From assembly GCA_004356985.1 (NCBI GenBank), contig SMXQ01000078.1, positions 593-64,592 on the forward strand: a stretch of 64,000 bases of DNA, written 5' to 3'. Position numbers and translations under genes: made by a program. Every line of letters begins with the position of its first letter. The first letter of the stretch is position 1. Positions 50,868 through 59,401 of this stretch are shown here, one piece after another. The notes beneath the pieces are model-generated. The model saw only the letters and a program-made list of their open reading frames with translations. It did no database searches and was not told the DNA's origin. Origin of the DNA: Alphaproteobacteria bacterium. GTDB lineage: Bacteria > Pseudomonadota > Alphaproteobacteria > SMXQ01.

Positions 50868-51965
50868 TCATGGGGATGGCCTGAAACCGGAATCGTAGAG
50901 GGCGCCGAGGTCGGTGCCGAGCCATTCCGTGGGAATCTGCCGATTGGTGCCTTCCGCCACCACCCGGTCGTAAACGATTCGCCCAGCCGCGGCGAACTGG
51001 ATGGCCAGGCCGGAATTGTTCTTGTAATAGACGATCCCCGCGCCGCCCGATCGGACGGCCACCTTGCCGGCGACGATATCCCCCAACTCGACGATGGCGT
51101 CGCGGCTGATAAGCCCCGCTTCCAAGGGCTCCAGGAGCTCGGTCTGGTCGTTGTCGATGACGCTTTCCCAGTCGTTCACCACCAATGCCGTCGATTTCGC
51201 GTAGGTGGTTTCGTCCACTTCGGTGCGTTTCTTGTTGGTGGCGTCCGAATTGGCGATGGATATCACCAGCTGCCCATCGCTCAGCCAGTCGCCATCGAAG
51301 ACCGGCTCCATGGCCGTGGTGCAGCAACAGATGACGTCGGCGCCGCGCACCACCTCGCGCGGGTCTTGGGCGGCCACCACCTCGATCTTTCCGGCCGCCT
51401 GCTTGGCCTTGGCGGCAACGAATTGCTCGCGGTGGTCGGCATTGGGGCTGAACACCACCACGCGCTCGAATTGCCGCACGCAGGTGATGGCGTCGAACGC
51501 CGCGCCGGCCTGTTTGCCGGATCCAAACAGGCCGAGGGTCTTGACGTCCTTGGGCGCGATGTGGTCCACCGCCAGCCCCGAGGTCGCCCCCACCCGCATG
51601 CCCGACAGCTTGAACTCGTGCATCAGCGCCAGCGGCTCTGCCGTTTCGATGTCGAACAGGATGACGATGCCCCAACAAAATGGCCGTGGATTTTCGTACA
51701 GGCGCCGGTTGTTGGTGGGGCTGGGGGGGACGATGATCTGGGAACCGGCCCGGACGCAGGCGATGCCCACCGAGGGCACGGCGCCCACATGCACGTTGGC
51801 GAAGTAGCGGCGGCTCGGGTCGGGATGGCGCGCCTGATAGCGCACCCTGGGCAGGTTGACGGCATCGCCAATGGCAAAATCGGCGAACGCGGTGGCCATG
51901 GCATCGATGCATTCGCGCATGGAAAGATGCCGCGCGACGTCTTCGTCGGTAATGATGACCGTCAT
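50868..51965 (-). CDS. Ornithine cyclodeaminase/mu-crystallin family protein.
   Basis: 365 aa. Rossmann motif GLFGSGKQAGAA and OCD-family overall pattern. Confidence 0.8.
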   Translation of the reverse strand: MTVIITDEDVARHLSMRECIDAMATAFADFAIGDAVNLPRVRYQARHPDPSRRYFANVHVGAVPSVGIACVRAGSQIIVPPSPTNNRRLYENPRPFCWGIVILFDIETAEPLALMHEFKLSGMRVGATSGLAVDHIAPKDVKTLGLFGSGKQAGAAFDAITCVRQFERVVVFSPNADHREQFVAAKAKQAAGKIEVVAAQDPREVVRGADVICCCTTAMEPVFDGDWLSDGQLVISIANSDATNKKRTEVDETTYAKSTALVVNDWESVIDNDQTELLEPLEAGLISRDAIVELGDIVAGKVAVRSGGAGIVYYKNNSGLAIQFAAAGRIVYDRVVAEGTNRQIPTEWLGTDLGALYDSGFRPSP

Positions 51966-52212
51966 GATTCTCCCCTTTCAAAAGAAGCGGTTTCCCGCCT
52001 TTTTCCGGCCCGGCCGCAGCCGGCGCCCAACGCGCCCGCAATAGATTAATGTTGGCAGGACCCACGATATGTTGTGGCGTACTTGTTCTTCGGTACTAAT
52101 TGTTGCGTTTGGGGTGGCCCGTTGAAATACTTTTCCCCCTGAGACCGCCGTTAGCCACCCAGGATACCAAATCTCGGTTCAAGGGAGAAATTTATCGAAG
52201 GAGGGGGGATGC

Positions 52213-52446
52213 ATGACATTCCTTGACAAAATAAAGGGCTGGCTCGCCGAGATCGTCGAGGTGGGCCTTCTTCTTGTCGCCCTCGGCATCGTCCTGCAAA
52301 TTCTGATCGGACCCAAGATGATGTTCCTGGGCGATGTGGTGGGCAACCTGACCGGCTTGATCGCGAAACTCGGCGAGAACGGCCTGGTCGGCTTAATCGC
52401 CATCTCCATCATTCTCTGGCTGTTCGCCAAGAGAAGCCCCGGCTGA
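52213..52446 (+). CDS. Small (77 aa) two-TM membrane protein, hypothetical.
   Basis: Strong RBS GAAGGAGGGGGG 8 nt before the ATG. Hydrophobic segments VGLLLVALGIVLQILIG and GLIAISIILWLFA. Followed by an intrinsic terminator. Confidence 0.5.
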   Translation: MTFLDKIKGWLAEIVEVGLLLVALGIVLQILIGPKMMFLGDVVGNLTGLIAKLGENGLVGLIAISIILWLFAKRSPG

Positions 52447-52486
52447 TCGGGCTTTCATCGGACCGAAATCCATCATCCGTGAGGGA

Positions 52487-52519
52487 AAGGGCCGGGGGGT
52501 CGCCCCCGGCCCTTTTTTC
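52487..52519. terminator. Rho-independent terminator, probably bidirectional.
   Basis: AAGGGCCGGGGG-GTCG-CCCCCGGCCCTT followed by TTTTTT. It lies between convergent genes 52213..52446 (+) and 52538..53263 (-). Confidence 0.75.
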
Positions 52520-52537
52520 CGTCCCGCGCGGTGCGCA

Positions 52538-53263
52538 TCAGAAATCGCGCAGCAGGCGGCCATAGCCCGCGATGGAATCATCGACCCCGGAGCGGCGCAG
52601 CGCCTGCCAGATGATGGCCTGGATGGGCTGCACCACGGTCACGCCGAACTCCTTTTCGAGGACGTCTATGGCGCCGACCATGGCCCAGTGGGGGCAGGAG
52701 TAATAGATGGTGTCGACGTCGGGGAATTTGTCCATGATTTCGCGCCCCAGCGCCGGGGCCACCTCGTCGGGGACCATGCCGAGCTCGATGAACTTGGCCT
52801 CCACCCGGACGCAGCCCTGGGGGTCGAGCCCGAATTCGCGCATGTAGCCCATGTGGCGCTCGTCGTGGGATTCATCGTAGGGCTGGACGATGCCCACCTT
52901 GTTGCAGCCCAGCGTTTTGAAGGCGTCGCGCTGGGACGAGGCCGAGGTGCTGATGGGGATGCCGACCTCTTTTTCGGTCTCGGCGATCAGCACGTCGATA
53001 TTGTCGAAGCCGCGGCTGACGTTGATGGGCAGGCCGCCGAAGACCAGGATATCGACCCCCGCCCGGGCCATGATCTTGGCCGCCTTAAGGCTCGCGTCGT
53101 AGGACCGGTCGACCTCTTCCTCGGTGCGCTCCACCAGGGGCAGGGTATGGACTACCAGGGTCACGCCATCGGGCACGATCTTGTAAAACTCGTAAGGGAA
53201 TACCTCCGTTGCCGAAGGCGGCGACGTATAGCCGATCCTGGCGCGGTGACCGTACATGGGCAT
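52538..53263 (-). CDS. Arylmalonate decarboxylase/maleate isomerase-family (Asp/Glu/hydantoin racemase superfamily) protein, paralogue 1, Cys-containing.
   Basis: 241 aa. Aligns with Bordetella AMDase as recalled: RIGYTSPP vs IGMIVPP, GGLPINVSRG vs MGTSLSFYRG, YYSCPHW vs LLSCGG, GYGRLLRDF vs GYGRLFDES. Confidence 0.75.
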   Translation of the reverse strand: MPMYGHRARIGYTSPPSATEVFPYEFYKIVPDGVTLVVHTLPLVERTEEEVDRSYDASLKAAKIMARAGVDILVFGGLPINVSRGFDNIDVLIAETEKEVGIPISTSASSQRDAFKTLGCNKVGIVQPYDESHDERHMGYMREFGLDPQGCVRVEAKFIELGMVPDEVAPALGREIMDKFPDVDTIYYSCPHWAMVGAIDVLEKEFGVTVVQPIQAIIWQALRRSGVDDSIAGYGRLLRDF

Positions 53264-53329
53264 GGCTGCATCCTCTTCTTTGGCGTTTCATGGAAAGCCC
53301 GCGGCGGCTTTGCCGGACGGGCCGGAACC

Positions 53330-54118
53330 CTAGATCTCGGGCATTAATCCTTCTTCCCGCAGGAAATCAAGGACCAGGGCATCGAACCCGGCGGGGTCTT
53401 CGATCATGCAGGCGTGGCCGGCGCCAGGCAATACTTCATGCCGCGCTTGGGGGATCAGCGAAGCGGTTTCCGCGCCCCGGGGCCGGGCGCCGTCGAATTC
53501 GCCGTTGATGATCAGGGTCGGCAAGGGGTAGGCGGCGAGGTGAGGCCGCAGGTCCGCCGCCGCCAGCGCCTCGAAGGTCCGGATGATGGCCGCGGGATGG
53601 TGGCGCCGGTCGCGCTCGGCGAACCCGGCGAACAGGTATTTACCCAGGACCGAGGCGGCGAACCCGTCGGTCACGCCGTAGTCCATGTGGGCCCGGCGGT
53701 AGGGGGAGAATTGCTCTTCCCGGTATCCGGTGATCCGCCGCGACATGTCCTGGGGGCCCGAATTGCCGCCCACCTGGATCACCGCCCGGAAGCGGTCGGG
53801 GAACAGGGCGCCCAGCATCAGCGCCGTCTTGGAGCCGATGGAGCATCCCATGACCACGGCCGGCCCAAGGCCGAGGTCGTCCATGACGCCGAGCACGTCG
53901 CGGCAGATGTCCTCCAGGGTGAACGGCGTGGTCACCTTTTCGCTGCGTCCCCAGCCGCGAAGATCGACCGAGACCACCGTGAACCAGGTCGAGAAATGGG
54001 CCGCCTGGTACAGCCACAGCGTATTGTCGAAGGGAATGGCATGGATCAGCACCAGGGGCGGCCCGGCGCCGGTGACCTCGAAATGGACGGCGATGGAGTT
54101 GGCGTGGCTTTTCGGCAT
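53330..54118 (-). CDS. Alpha/beta hydrolase.
   Basis: ORF 53330..54232. Probable start MPKSHANSIAVHFEVTGAGPPLVLIHAI at 54118. Nucleophile elbow GCSIG. The upstream 114 nt of the track ORF is the tandem-repeat region. Confidence 0.8.
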   Translation of the reverse strand: MPKSHANSIAVHFEVTGAGPPLVLIHAIPFDNTLWLYQAAHFSTWFTVVSVDLRGWGRSEKVTTPFTLEDICRDVLGVMDDLGLGPAVVMGCSIGSKTALMLGALFPDRFRAVIQVGGNSGPQDMSRRITGYREEQFSPYRRAHMDYGVTDGFAASVLGKYLFAGFAERDRRHHPAAIIRTFEALAAADLRPHLAAYPLPTLIINGEFDGARPRGAETASLIPQARHEVLPGAGHACMIEDPAGFDALVLDFLREEGLMPEI

Positions 54119-54130
54119 GTTCGGCCCCTC

Positions 54131-54210
54131 CCCTTTCCCGGCCCTTTCCCGGCCCTTTCCAGGGCCTTGCCCGGGCCTTTCCAGGGCCTTTCCAGGGCCT
54201 TGCCCGGGCC
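54131..54210. repeat. About seven tandem copies of an 11-nt unit (CGGGCCTTTCC / AGGGCCTT[T/G]CC) in the divergent promoter between the alpha/beta hydrolase and the tctC-like gene.
   Basis: Read directly. The period is about one helical turn. It sits 10-90 nt upstream of the hydrolase start. Confidence 0.6.
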
Positions 54211-54336
54211 CGGCCGCCGGGCGCGGCGTCATTGATTATAGATTCGCTTGGAAGCGGCGTCCTTTTTCGATTAGCCTTGCCAGGGAATTAAAATTACCAC
54301 GCGCATCAAAGCGCCACCAACATTGGGGAGGCTTCC

Positions 54337-55458
54337 ATGATCACCACCCGAATCTTTTTGCGCCTAGGCGCCGGCGTGCTCGCCCTGGCCGCGGCCGGGA
54401 CCGCCAATGCCGACGCGCTCAGCGATTTTTACAAAGGCAAGCGCCTGACCATGTTCGTCGGTTCCGGGGTCGGCGGCGGCTACGACACCTATTCCAGGAC
54501 CCTCGCCCGGCATTACAACAAATACGTCCCCGGCAAGCCGAGGATGCTGGTCAAGAACATGCCGGGCGCCGGCGGCCTGCGGGTCACCAATTACATGTAC
54601 AACAAGGCCAAGCGCGACGGCTCGGTCATCGCCTCGACCTTCAACACCATGATGCTGGAGCCCCTGATCGGCAACCGGGGCGCCAAGTTCGACGTCTTCA
54701 AGTTCAATTGGCTGGGATCCATCGGCAAATTGCAGGCGGTCTGCGTCACCTGGCACACCAGCCCCATCAAGACCCTGGCCGACGCCAAGGGCAAGGTTCT
54801 CACCGTCTCGGCCACCGGCGCCACCGGCAATTCGGCGAAGATGCCGCGCATCTTCAACTGGGCCGTGGGCACCAAGTTCAAGGTGATCCAGGGTTATTCC
54901 ACCTCGGGCTCGCGCCTGGCCCTGGAACGCGGCGAGGTCGACGGCATCTGCGGGTTGGGTTACTCGACCCTGCTGGCCTCGAACCCCGACTGGATCGCCA
55001 AGAAAAAACTCAACTTCCTCGCCCAGATCGGCCTTTACAAGCATCCCAAGCTGGCCCAGGTGCCGATGATCCTGCAGGATATCAAGGATGAGAGAACGCG
55101 CAAGATTGTCGAGTTGATCCTCATCCAGCAGGAACCGGGCCGCCCCTATATCGCCCCCCCGGGGGTTCCCGCCGAGCGCGTCAAGGTCCTGACGTCGGCC
55201 TTCAAATCCGCCATCGAGGATCCCGCCTTCCTGGCCGACGCCAAGCGCCTCAAGCTCGAGATCACCTATCTGGGCCCCAAGACCATCCGCGCCCTGATGA
55301 CCCGCGCCTACGCCAACCCAAGGGACATCGTCGAGGGCGCGGCCAAGCTGGTCGGCCGTCCCGCCAAGGGCGTGGTGACCAAGTGTTCCAAGTACACCAA
55401 GTCGGCCAAGTGGTGCCGCAAGAAAAAGAAGAAAAAGAAGAAAAAGAAGGCGTCCTAA
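54337..55458 (+). CDS. tctC: Bug/TctC-family periplasmic tricarboxylate-binding receptor with a C-terminal Cys-containing poly-lysine tail.
   Basis: Signal peptide MITTRIFLRLGAGVLALAAAGTANA. TctC/Bug fold pattern. Tail ...KCSKYTKSAKWCRKKKKKKKKKKAS. Confidence 0.8.
   Translation: MITTRIFLRLGAGVLALAAAGTANADALSDFYKGKRLTMFVGSGVGGGYDTYSRTLARHYNKYVPGKPRMLVKNMPGAGGLRVTNYMYNKAKRDGSVIASTFNTMMLEPLIGNRGAKFDVFKFNWLGSIGKLQAVCVTWHTSPIKTLADAKGKVLTVSATGATGNSAKMPRIFNWAVGTKFKVIQGYSTSGSRLALERGEVDGICGLGYSTLLASNPDWIAKKKLNFLAQIGLYKHPKLAQVPMILQDIKDERTRKIVELILIQQEPGRPYIAPPGVPAERVKVLTSAFKSAIEDPAFLADAKRLKLEITYLGPKTIRALMTRAYANPRDIVEGAAKLVGRPAKGVVTKCSKYTKSAKWCRKKKKKKKKKKAS
55420..55449. repeat. Codon-level simple repeat (AAGAAAAAG)x3+ encoding the poly-Lys tail.
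   Basis: Read directly; 30 nt of AAG/AAA codons. Confidence 0.6.
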
Positions 55459-55542
55459 GGCGCAGCACCAAGCAAAACCCCCGGTTCCGGCCGGGGGTTT
55501 TTTCTGTCGCTCTTCCGTCGCCGCGTCGCCGCGCGGGGCGTA

Positions 55543-56262
55543 TCAGAATTCGCGGAGCAAGCGGCCGAAGCCTGCGATGGGCTCGGTGATGCCGGCGGTC
55601 CGAAGCGCCTTCCAGACGATCGCCTGCTGCGACGTCATCACCGACACGCCCAATTCCGCCTCGATCTCGTCGATGGCATGGGCGATCGCCCAATGGGCGC
55701 TTGCCAGGTGGATGCAGTCGGCCTCGGGGTTTTCCCGCATCACCTGGCGGGCGGCGGTCAAGGCGAGCTCGCAGGGGATTTGGCCGACTTGGTGGTCGGC
55801 GAAATCGAGGCCGATGACGCCCGCCGCCTCGACCCCCATGTTGCGGATCGACTGTTTGTGGCGCGCGTTGTCGGCCGGCTCGTAACAATGCACCTGGGCC
55901 ACCTTCTTGGCGCCCAGCGCCGCCAGCGCCTCGGTCTGGGCCTGGGTCGAGGTCACCACCTTGGTGCCGATCTCGGCGGCCAGGGTGGCGCAGATCGCCG
56001 CCAGGTTCCCGACCCCCTGGGATTGGTTGATGGGGTTGCCGCCCAGCACCACCACGTCGGCGCCGGCGCGCGCCATGTAACGGGCGGCCTCGAGGCTGGC
56101 GGCGTGGCTCGCCGCGATCTCCGCCGGCGCCCGGGTGCGGACCTCCAGGGTCTTGATCAGCAGCGTCACGCCCGCCGGCACCATCTTGTAGAACTCGTAA
56201 CAAAAGGTCTCCGTCACGTAAGGCGGTGAGCAATAACCGATGCGCGCGCGGTGTCCGTACAT
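55543..56262 (-). CDS. AMDase/maleate-isomerase-family protein, paralogue 2, Ser variant.
   Basis: Start MYGHRARIGYCSPP at 56262; track ORF 55543..56967 over-extends. Motif IHLASAHW sits where paralogues 1 and 5 have S/GCPHW. Confidence 0.75.
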   Translation of the reverse strand: MYGHRARIGYCSPPYVTETFCYEFYKMVPAGVTLLIKTLEVRTRAPAEIAASHAASLEAARYMARAGADVVVLGGNPINQSQGVGNLAAICATLAAEIGTKVVTSTQAQTEALAALGAKKVAQVHCYEPADNARHKQSIRNMGVEAAGVIGLDFADHQVGQIPCELALTAARQVMRENPEADCIHLASAHWAIAHAIDEIEAELGVSVMTSQQAIVWKALRTAGITEPIAGFGRLLREF

Positions 56263-56276
56263 GGCCCGAACGCGCC

Positions 56277-57002
56277 CTAGAATTCCCTGAAAAGGCGCCC
56301 GAATCCTTCGATGGGCTCGGTGATGCCGGCGGTGCGGAAGGCCTTCCAGACGATGGCTTGCTGCGACGTCATGACCGAGACCCCCAATTCCGCCTCGATC
56401 CGGTCGATGAATGGGGCGGTGGCCCAATGGGCGGAGCCCAGATGGATGGTGTCGGCATCGGGGTTTTCCTCCTTCACCCGGCGCGACAGGGTCAACGCGA
56501 GTTCGCCGTCGAGGCCGCCGATATGCTGGAAGTCGGACCCGCAGGCAAGGACGCCGGCCGGCTCGAAGCCTAGGTTGCGCATGGAATTGGCGTGGCGTTC
56601 TTTCTCCGATTCCTCGTAGCAAAAGACCTGGGCGACCTTTTTGGCGCCGAGACAGGTCAGCGCCTCCCTCTGGGCCTCGGTGGAGGTGATCACCTTGGTG
56701 CCGATCTTGGCGGCGAGCGCGTCGGTCACGTCGGCGATATTCTCCATGCCCAGGCTCTGGTTGATGGGATTGCCGCCCAAAACCACCACGTCGGCGCCGG
56801 CATCCGCCATGTATTGGGCGGCGATCAGGCTGCGCTGATGGCTGGCCGCTACCTCTTCCTTGGTCCGGGTCCTGATCTCGAGGGTGGTGATCAAGAGCGT
56901 CACCCCTTCGGGCGCCATCATGTAGAACTCTTGGGGGAAGGTCTCGGTCACGAAGGGCGGCGAGCAATAGCCGATGCGGGCGCGGGATCCAAGCATGGTC
57001 AT
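56277..57002 (-). CDS. AMDase/maleate-isomerase-family protein, paralogue 3, Ser variant.
   Basis: Start MTMLGSRARIGYCSPP at 57002. Motif IHLGSAHW. Confidence 0.75.
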   Translation of the reverse strand: MTMLGSRARIGYCSPPFVTETFPQEFYMMAPEGVTLLITTLEIRTRTKEEVAASHQRSLIAAQYMADAGADVVVLGGNPINQSLGMENIADVTDALAAKIGTKVITSTEAQREALTCLGAKKVAQVFCYEESEKERHANSMRNLGFEPAGVLACGSDFQHIGGLDGELALTLSRRVKEENPDADTIHLGSAHWATAPFIDRIEAELGVSVMTSQQAIVWKAFRTAGITEPIEGFGRLFREF

Positions 57003-57025
57003 GGGGCGTTCTCTTTCTCTCGGCT

Positions 57026-57751
57026 TCAGAATTCGCGGAACAGGCGGCCGAAGCCTTCGATGGGCTCGGTGATGCCGGCGGTCCGGAGCGCCTTCCAGAC
57101 GATGGCCTGCTGGGAGTTCATGACCGAAACATCGAGCTCGTTTTCGATCTTGTCGATGGCGTGGGCGGTGGGCCAATGGGCGGAGGCGAGATGGATGCAA
57201 TCGGCGTCGGGGTAGGCGTCCTTGAGCCGCTTGGCGATCTCGAACGCGGCATCGGTGGGAATCTTGCCGTAGCCCAAAAGCTGGTATCCCTCCAACGAGG
57301 CGACGCCGACCGATTCCACGCCCATGTTCTCCATCTGCTGGCGGTGGCGGTCGTCGTGCTGGGAACCCGAGGCGTGGGCCGAAGCCACCTTCTTGACGCC
57401 GAGCTTTTCCATGGCCTCAAGCTGGCACAGCGTCGAGGCCACCACCGAGGTTCCGATCTCGGCCGCCAAGTCGGCGCAAATGCCGGGCAGGTTTTCGATG
57501 CCGCGCGATTGGTTGACGGGATTGCCGCCGAGAACCACCACGTCGGCCCCGGCCCCGGCCATGTACTTGGCCGCCTCAATGGAGCGGTCGTGGCTGCCGT
57601 CGAAGGCTTGGCTGTTGTATTCCAGCCCCACCTCGAGGGTGGTCAGCAGCAGCGAAACGCCGTCGGGCACCATCTTGTAGAACTCATAGACGAAGACCTC
57701 GGTGACCACCGGCGGCGAGCAATAGCCGATGCGAGCGCGGTGTCCGTACAT
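57026..57751 (-). CDS. AMDase/maleate-isomerase-family protein, paralogue 4, Ser variant.
   Basis: 241 aa; MYGHRARIGYCSPP; motif IHLASAHW. Confidence 0.75.
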   Translation of the reverse strand: MYGHRARIGYCSPPVVTEVFVYEFYKMVPDGVSLLLTTLEVGLEYNSQAFDGSHDRSIEAAKYMAGAGADVVVLGGNPVNQSRGIENLPGICADLAAEIGTSVVASTLCQLEAMEKLGVKKVASAHASGSQHDDRHRQQMENMGVESVGVASLEGYQLLGYGKIPTDAAFEIAKRLKDAYPDADCIHLASAHWPTAHAIDKIENELDVSVMNSQQAIVWKALRTAGITEPIEGFGRLFREF

Positions 57752-57796
57752 GGGGCTCCTCCTCCCTTAATTTGACTCGCTGGGCCCTCGGCGGCC

Positions 57797-58534
57797 CTAA
57801 AAGTCCCTCAGCAGCCGGCCGAAGCCCTCGATTCTATCATCGATGCCGGTCTGCCGCATGGCCTCCCAGGCGATGGCCTGAAGCGAGGTCATGACGGAAA
57901 TACCGAACTCGTCCTCCAGCGGTTGGATGGCGTCGATCACGGTCCAATGGGGACAACCGAAATACAGCGTGTCGGCTTCCGGGTGCGCCGCCATGGCGGC
58001 CCGGCCCCATTCCAGCGCCCGGCCGGGGGCCAGGGTGCCCAGCGCCACCAGGGAGGACCCCCCGGCATGGACCCCCACCGCCTCGAGGCCGAAGAAATCT
58101 TCCATGGTGCGAACATGGCGCGGGTTCTGATCTTCTTCGAAGGGATGCACCATGGCGACCTTCTTGGAGCCCAGCGCGGCGAAGGCATGGACCTGGGCCA
58201 GGGCCGAACACGACATTTTCACGCCGATCTCACCCTCCAGCTTGGCCATCAGCCCGGCGACCGTATCATCGCCCTTGGAGATGTTGATGGGCAGCCCGCC
58301 CAGCAGCACCAGGTCGGCGCCGGCCCGGGCCATGGTGTGGGCGGATTCGAGCGATATGGCGTAGCACTTCTCGACGTCTTCCTTGGACCGGTCGCCCAGC
58401 GGCAGGGTGATCATCATCAGCGACACGCCATCGGGCACGATGCGGTACCAGTCGATGGGATAGACCTCTGTGGTGACCGCGGCGACGGTGTAGCCGATAC
58501 GCGCCCGCGCCCCGTGAATTCGTTGCCAGTCCAT
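57797..58534 (-). CDS. AMDase/maleate-isomerase-family protein, paralogue 5, Cys-containing.
   Basis: Probable start MDWQRIHGARARIGYT at about 58534. Motif LYFGCPHW. Confidence 0.7.
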   Translation of the reverse strand: MDWQRIHGARARIGYTVAAVTTEVYPIDWYRIVPDGVSLMMITLPLGDRSKEDVEKCYAISLESAHTMARAGADLVLLGGLPINISKGDDTVAGLMAKLEGEIGVKMSCSALAQVHAFAALGSKKVAMVHPFEEDQNPRHVRTMEDFFGLEAVGVHAGGSSLVALGTLAPGRALEWGRAAMAAHPEADTLYFGCPHWTVIDAIQPLEDEFGISVMTSLQAIAWEAMRQTGIDDRIEGFGRLLRDF

Positions 58535-58698
58535 GACCGCCTCCCTGATGATGGTTTTTTCCACCATCGCCCAGATCGCCGCCCGGCGCAACATCTGGGC
58601 GCAAGAAGGGGACGGGCGGCGGCGGTTTGTTCTATAACGGGAGGCGAGCGGCGAAGCGGGCAGACGCCCCGCCCGGGAATATGAATAGGGAGGCGAGG

Positions 58699-59319
58699 AT
58701 GATCGATCTTTATACCTGGACCACGGACAACGGCTACAAGGCGCGCCAGGCGGCGGAAGAGAGCGGGTTGGACTACACCCTGAAGCCGGTGAACCTGCGC
58801 AAGAAGGCGCAGTTCGATCCTGAGTTCCTGAAAATCAGCCCGGGACACAAGATTCCCGCCCTGGTCGACCATGACGGGCCGGGCGGGCAGAGGGTGACGC
58901 TCTGTGAATCCGGCGCCATCCTCAAATACCTCGGCGAAAAGTCGGGCACCGGGCTCTATCCCGACGACCCCATGGCGCGCATCAAGGTCGACCAATGGCT
59001 GTTTTACGGCTCGGCCACCTTCACCACCCTGGCCCAGCAATACGGCCTGTTCTGGGGGCGTTTCGATGAGGACGTGCCGGCGGCCAAGAAGCATTACGCC
59101 GACGTGCTCCGCGACATGTTCGCCACCTTGGACCGGCATCTGGCCGACAACGAATACATGGCCGGCGCATATACCGTCGCCGACATTTCCATGTATCCCG
59201 ACACCCACGTCCACGGCGCCGGCGATATCGGCCTCGACGCCTATCCCAACCTCGCCCGTTGGCACGATGCCATCGCCGCCCGCCCCGCCGTCGTCCGCGC
59301 CTGGGAGCCGTTCTCCTGA
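58699..59319 (+). CDS. Glutathione S-transferase family protein.
   Basis: ORF 58627..59319. Start MIDLYTW at 58699 after a GGGAGGCGAGG RBS. GST N-terminal thioredoxin-like and C-terminal helical pattern. Confidence 0.8.
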   Translation: MIDLYTWTTDNGYKARQAAEESGLDYTLKPVNLRKKAQFDPEFLKISPGHKIPALVDHDGPGGQRVTLCESGAILKYLGEKSGTGLYPDDPMARIKVDQWLFYGSATFTTLAQQYGLFWGRFDEDVPAAKKHYADVLRDMFATLDRHLADNEYMAGAYTVADISMYPDTHVHGAGDIGLDAYPNLARWHDAIAARPAVVRAWEPFS

Positions 59320-59401
59320 GTCTTAAACGCAAAGTGCCTTATTCAACCAGTTGGTTGATTAAGCCACTTTTCGACTGATACCTGCGCGCCGGGCGGGGCG
59401 T

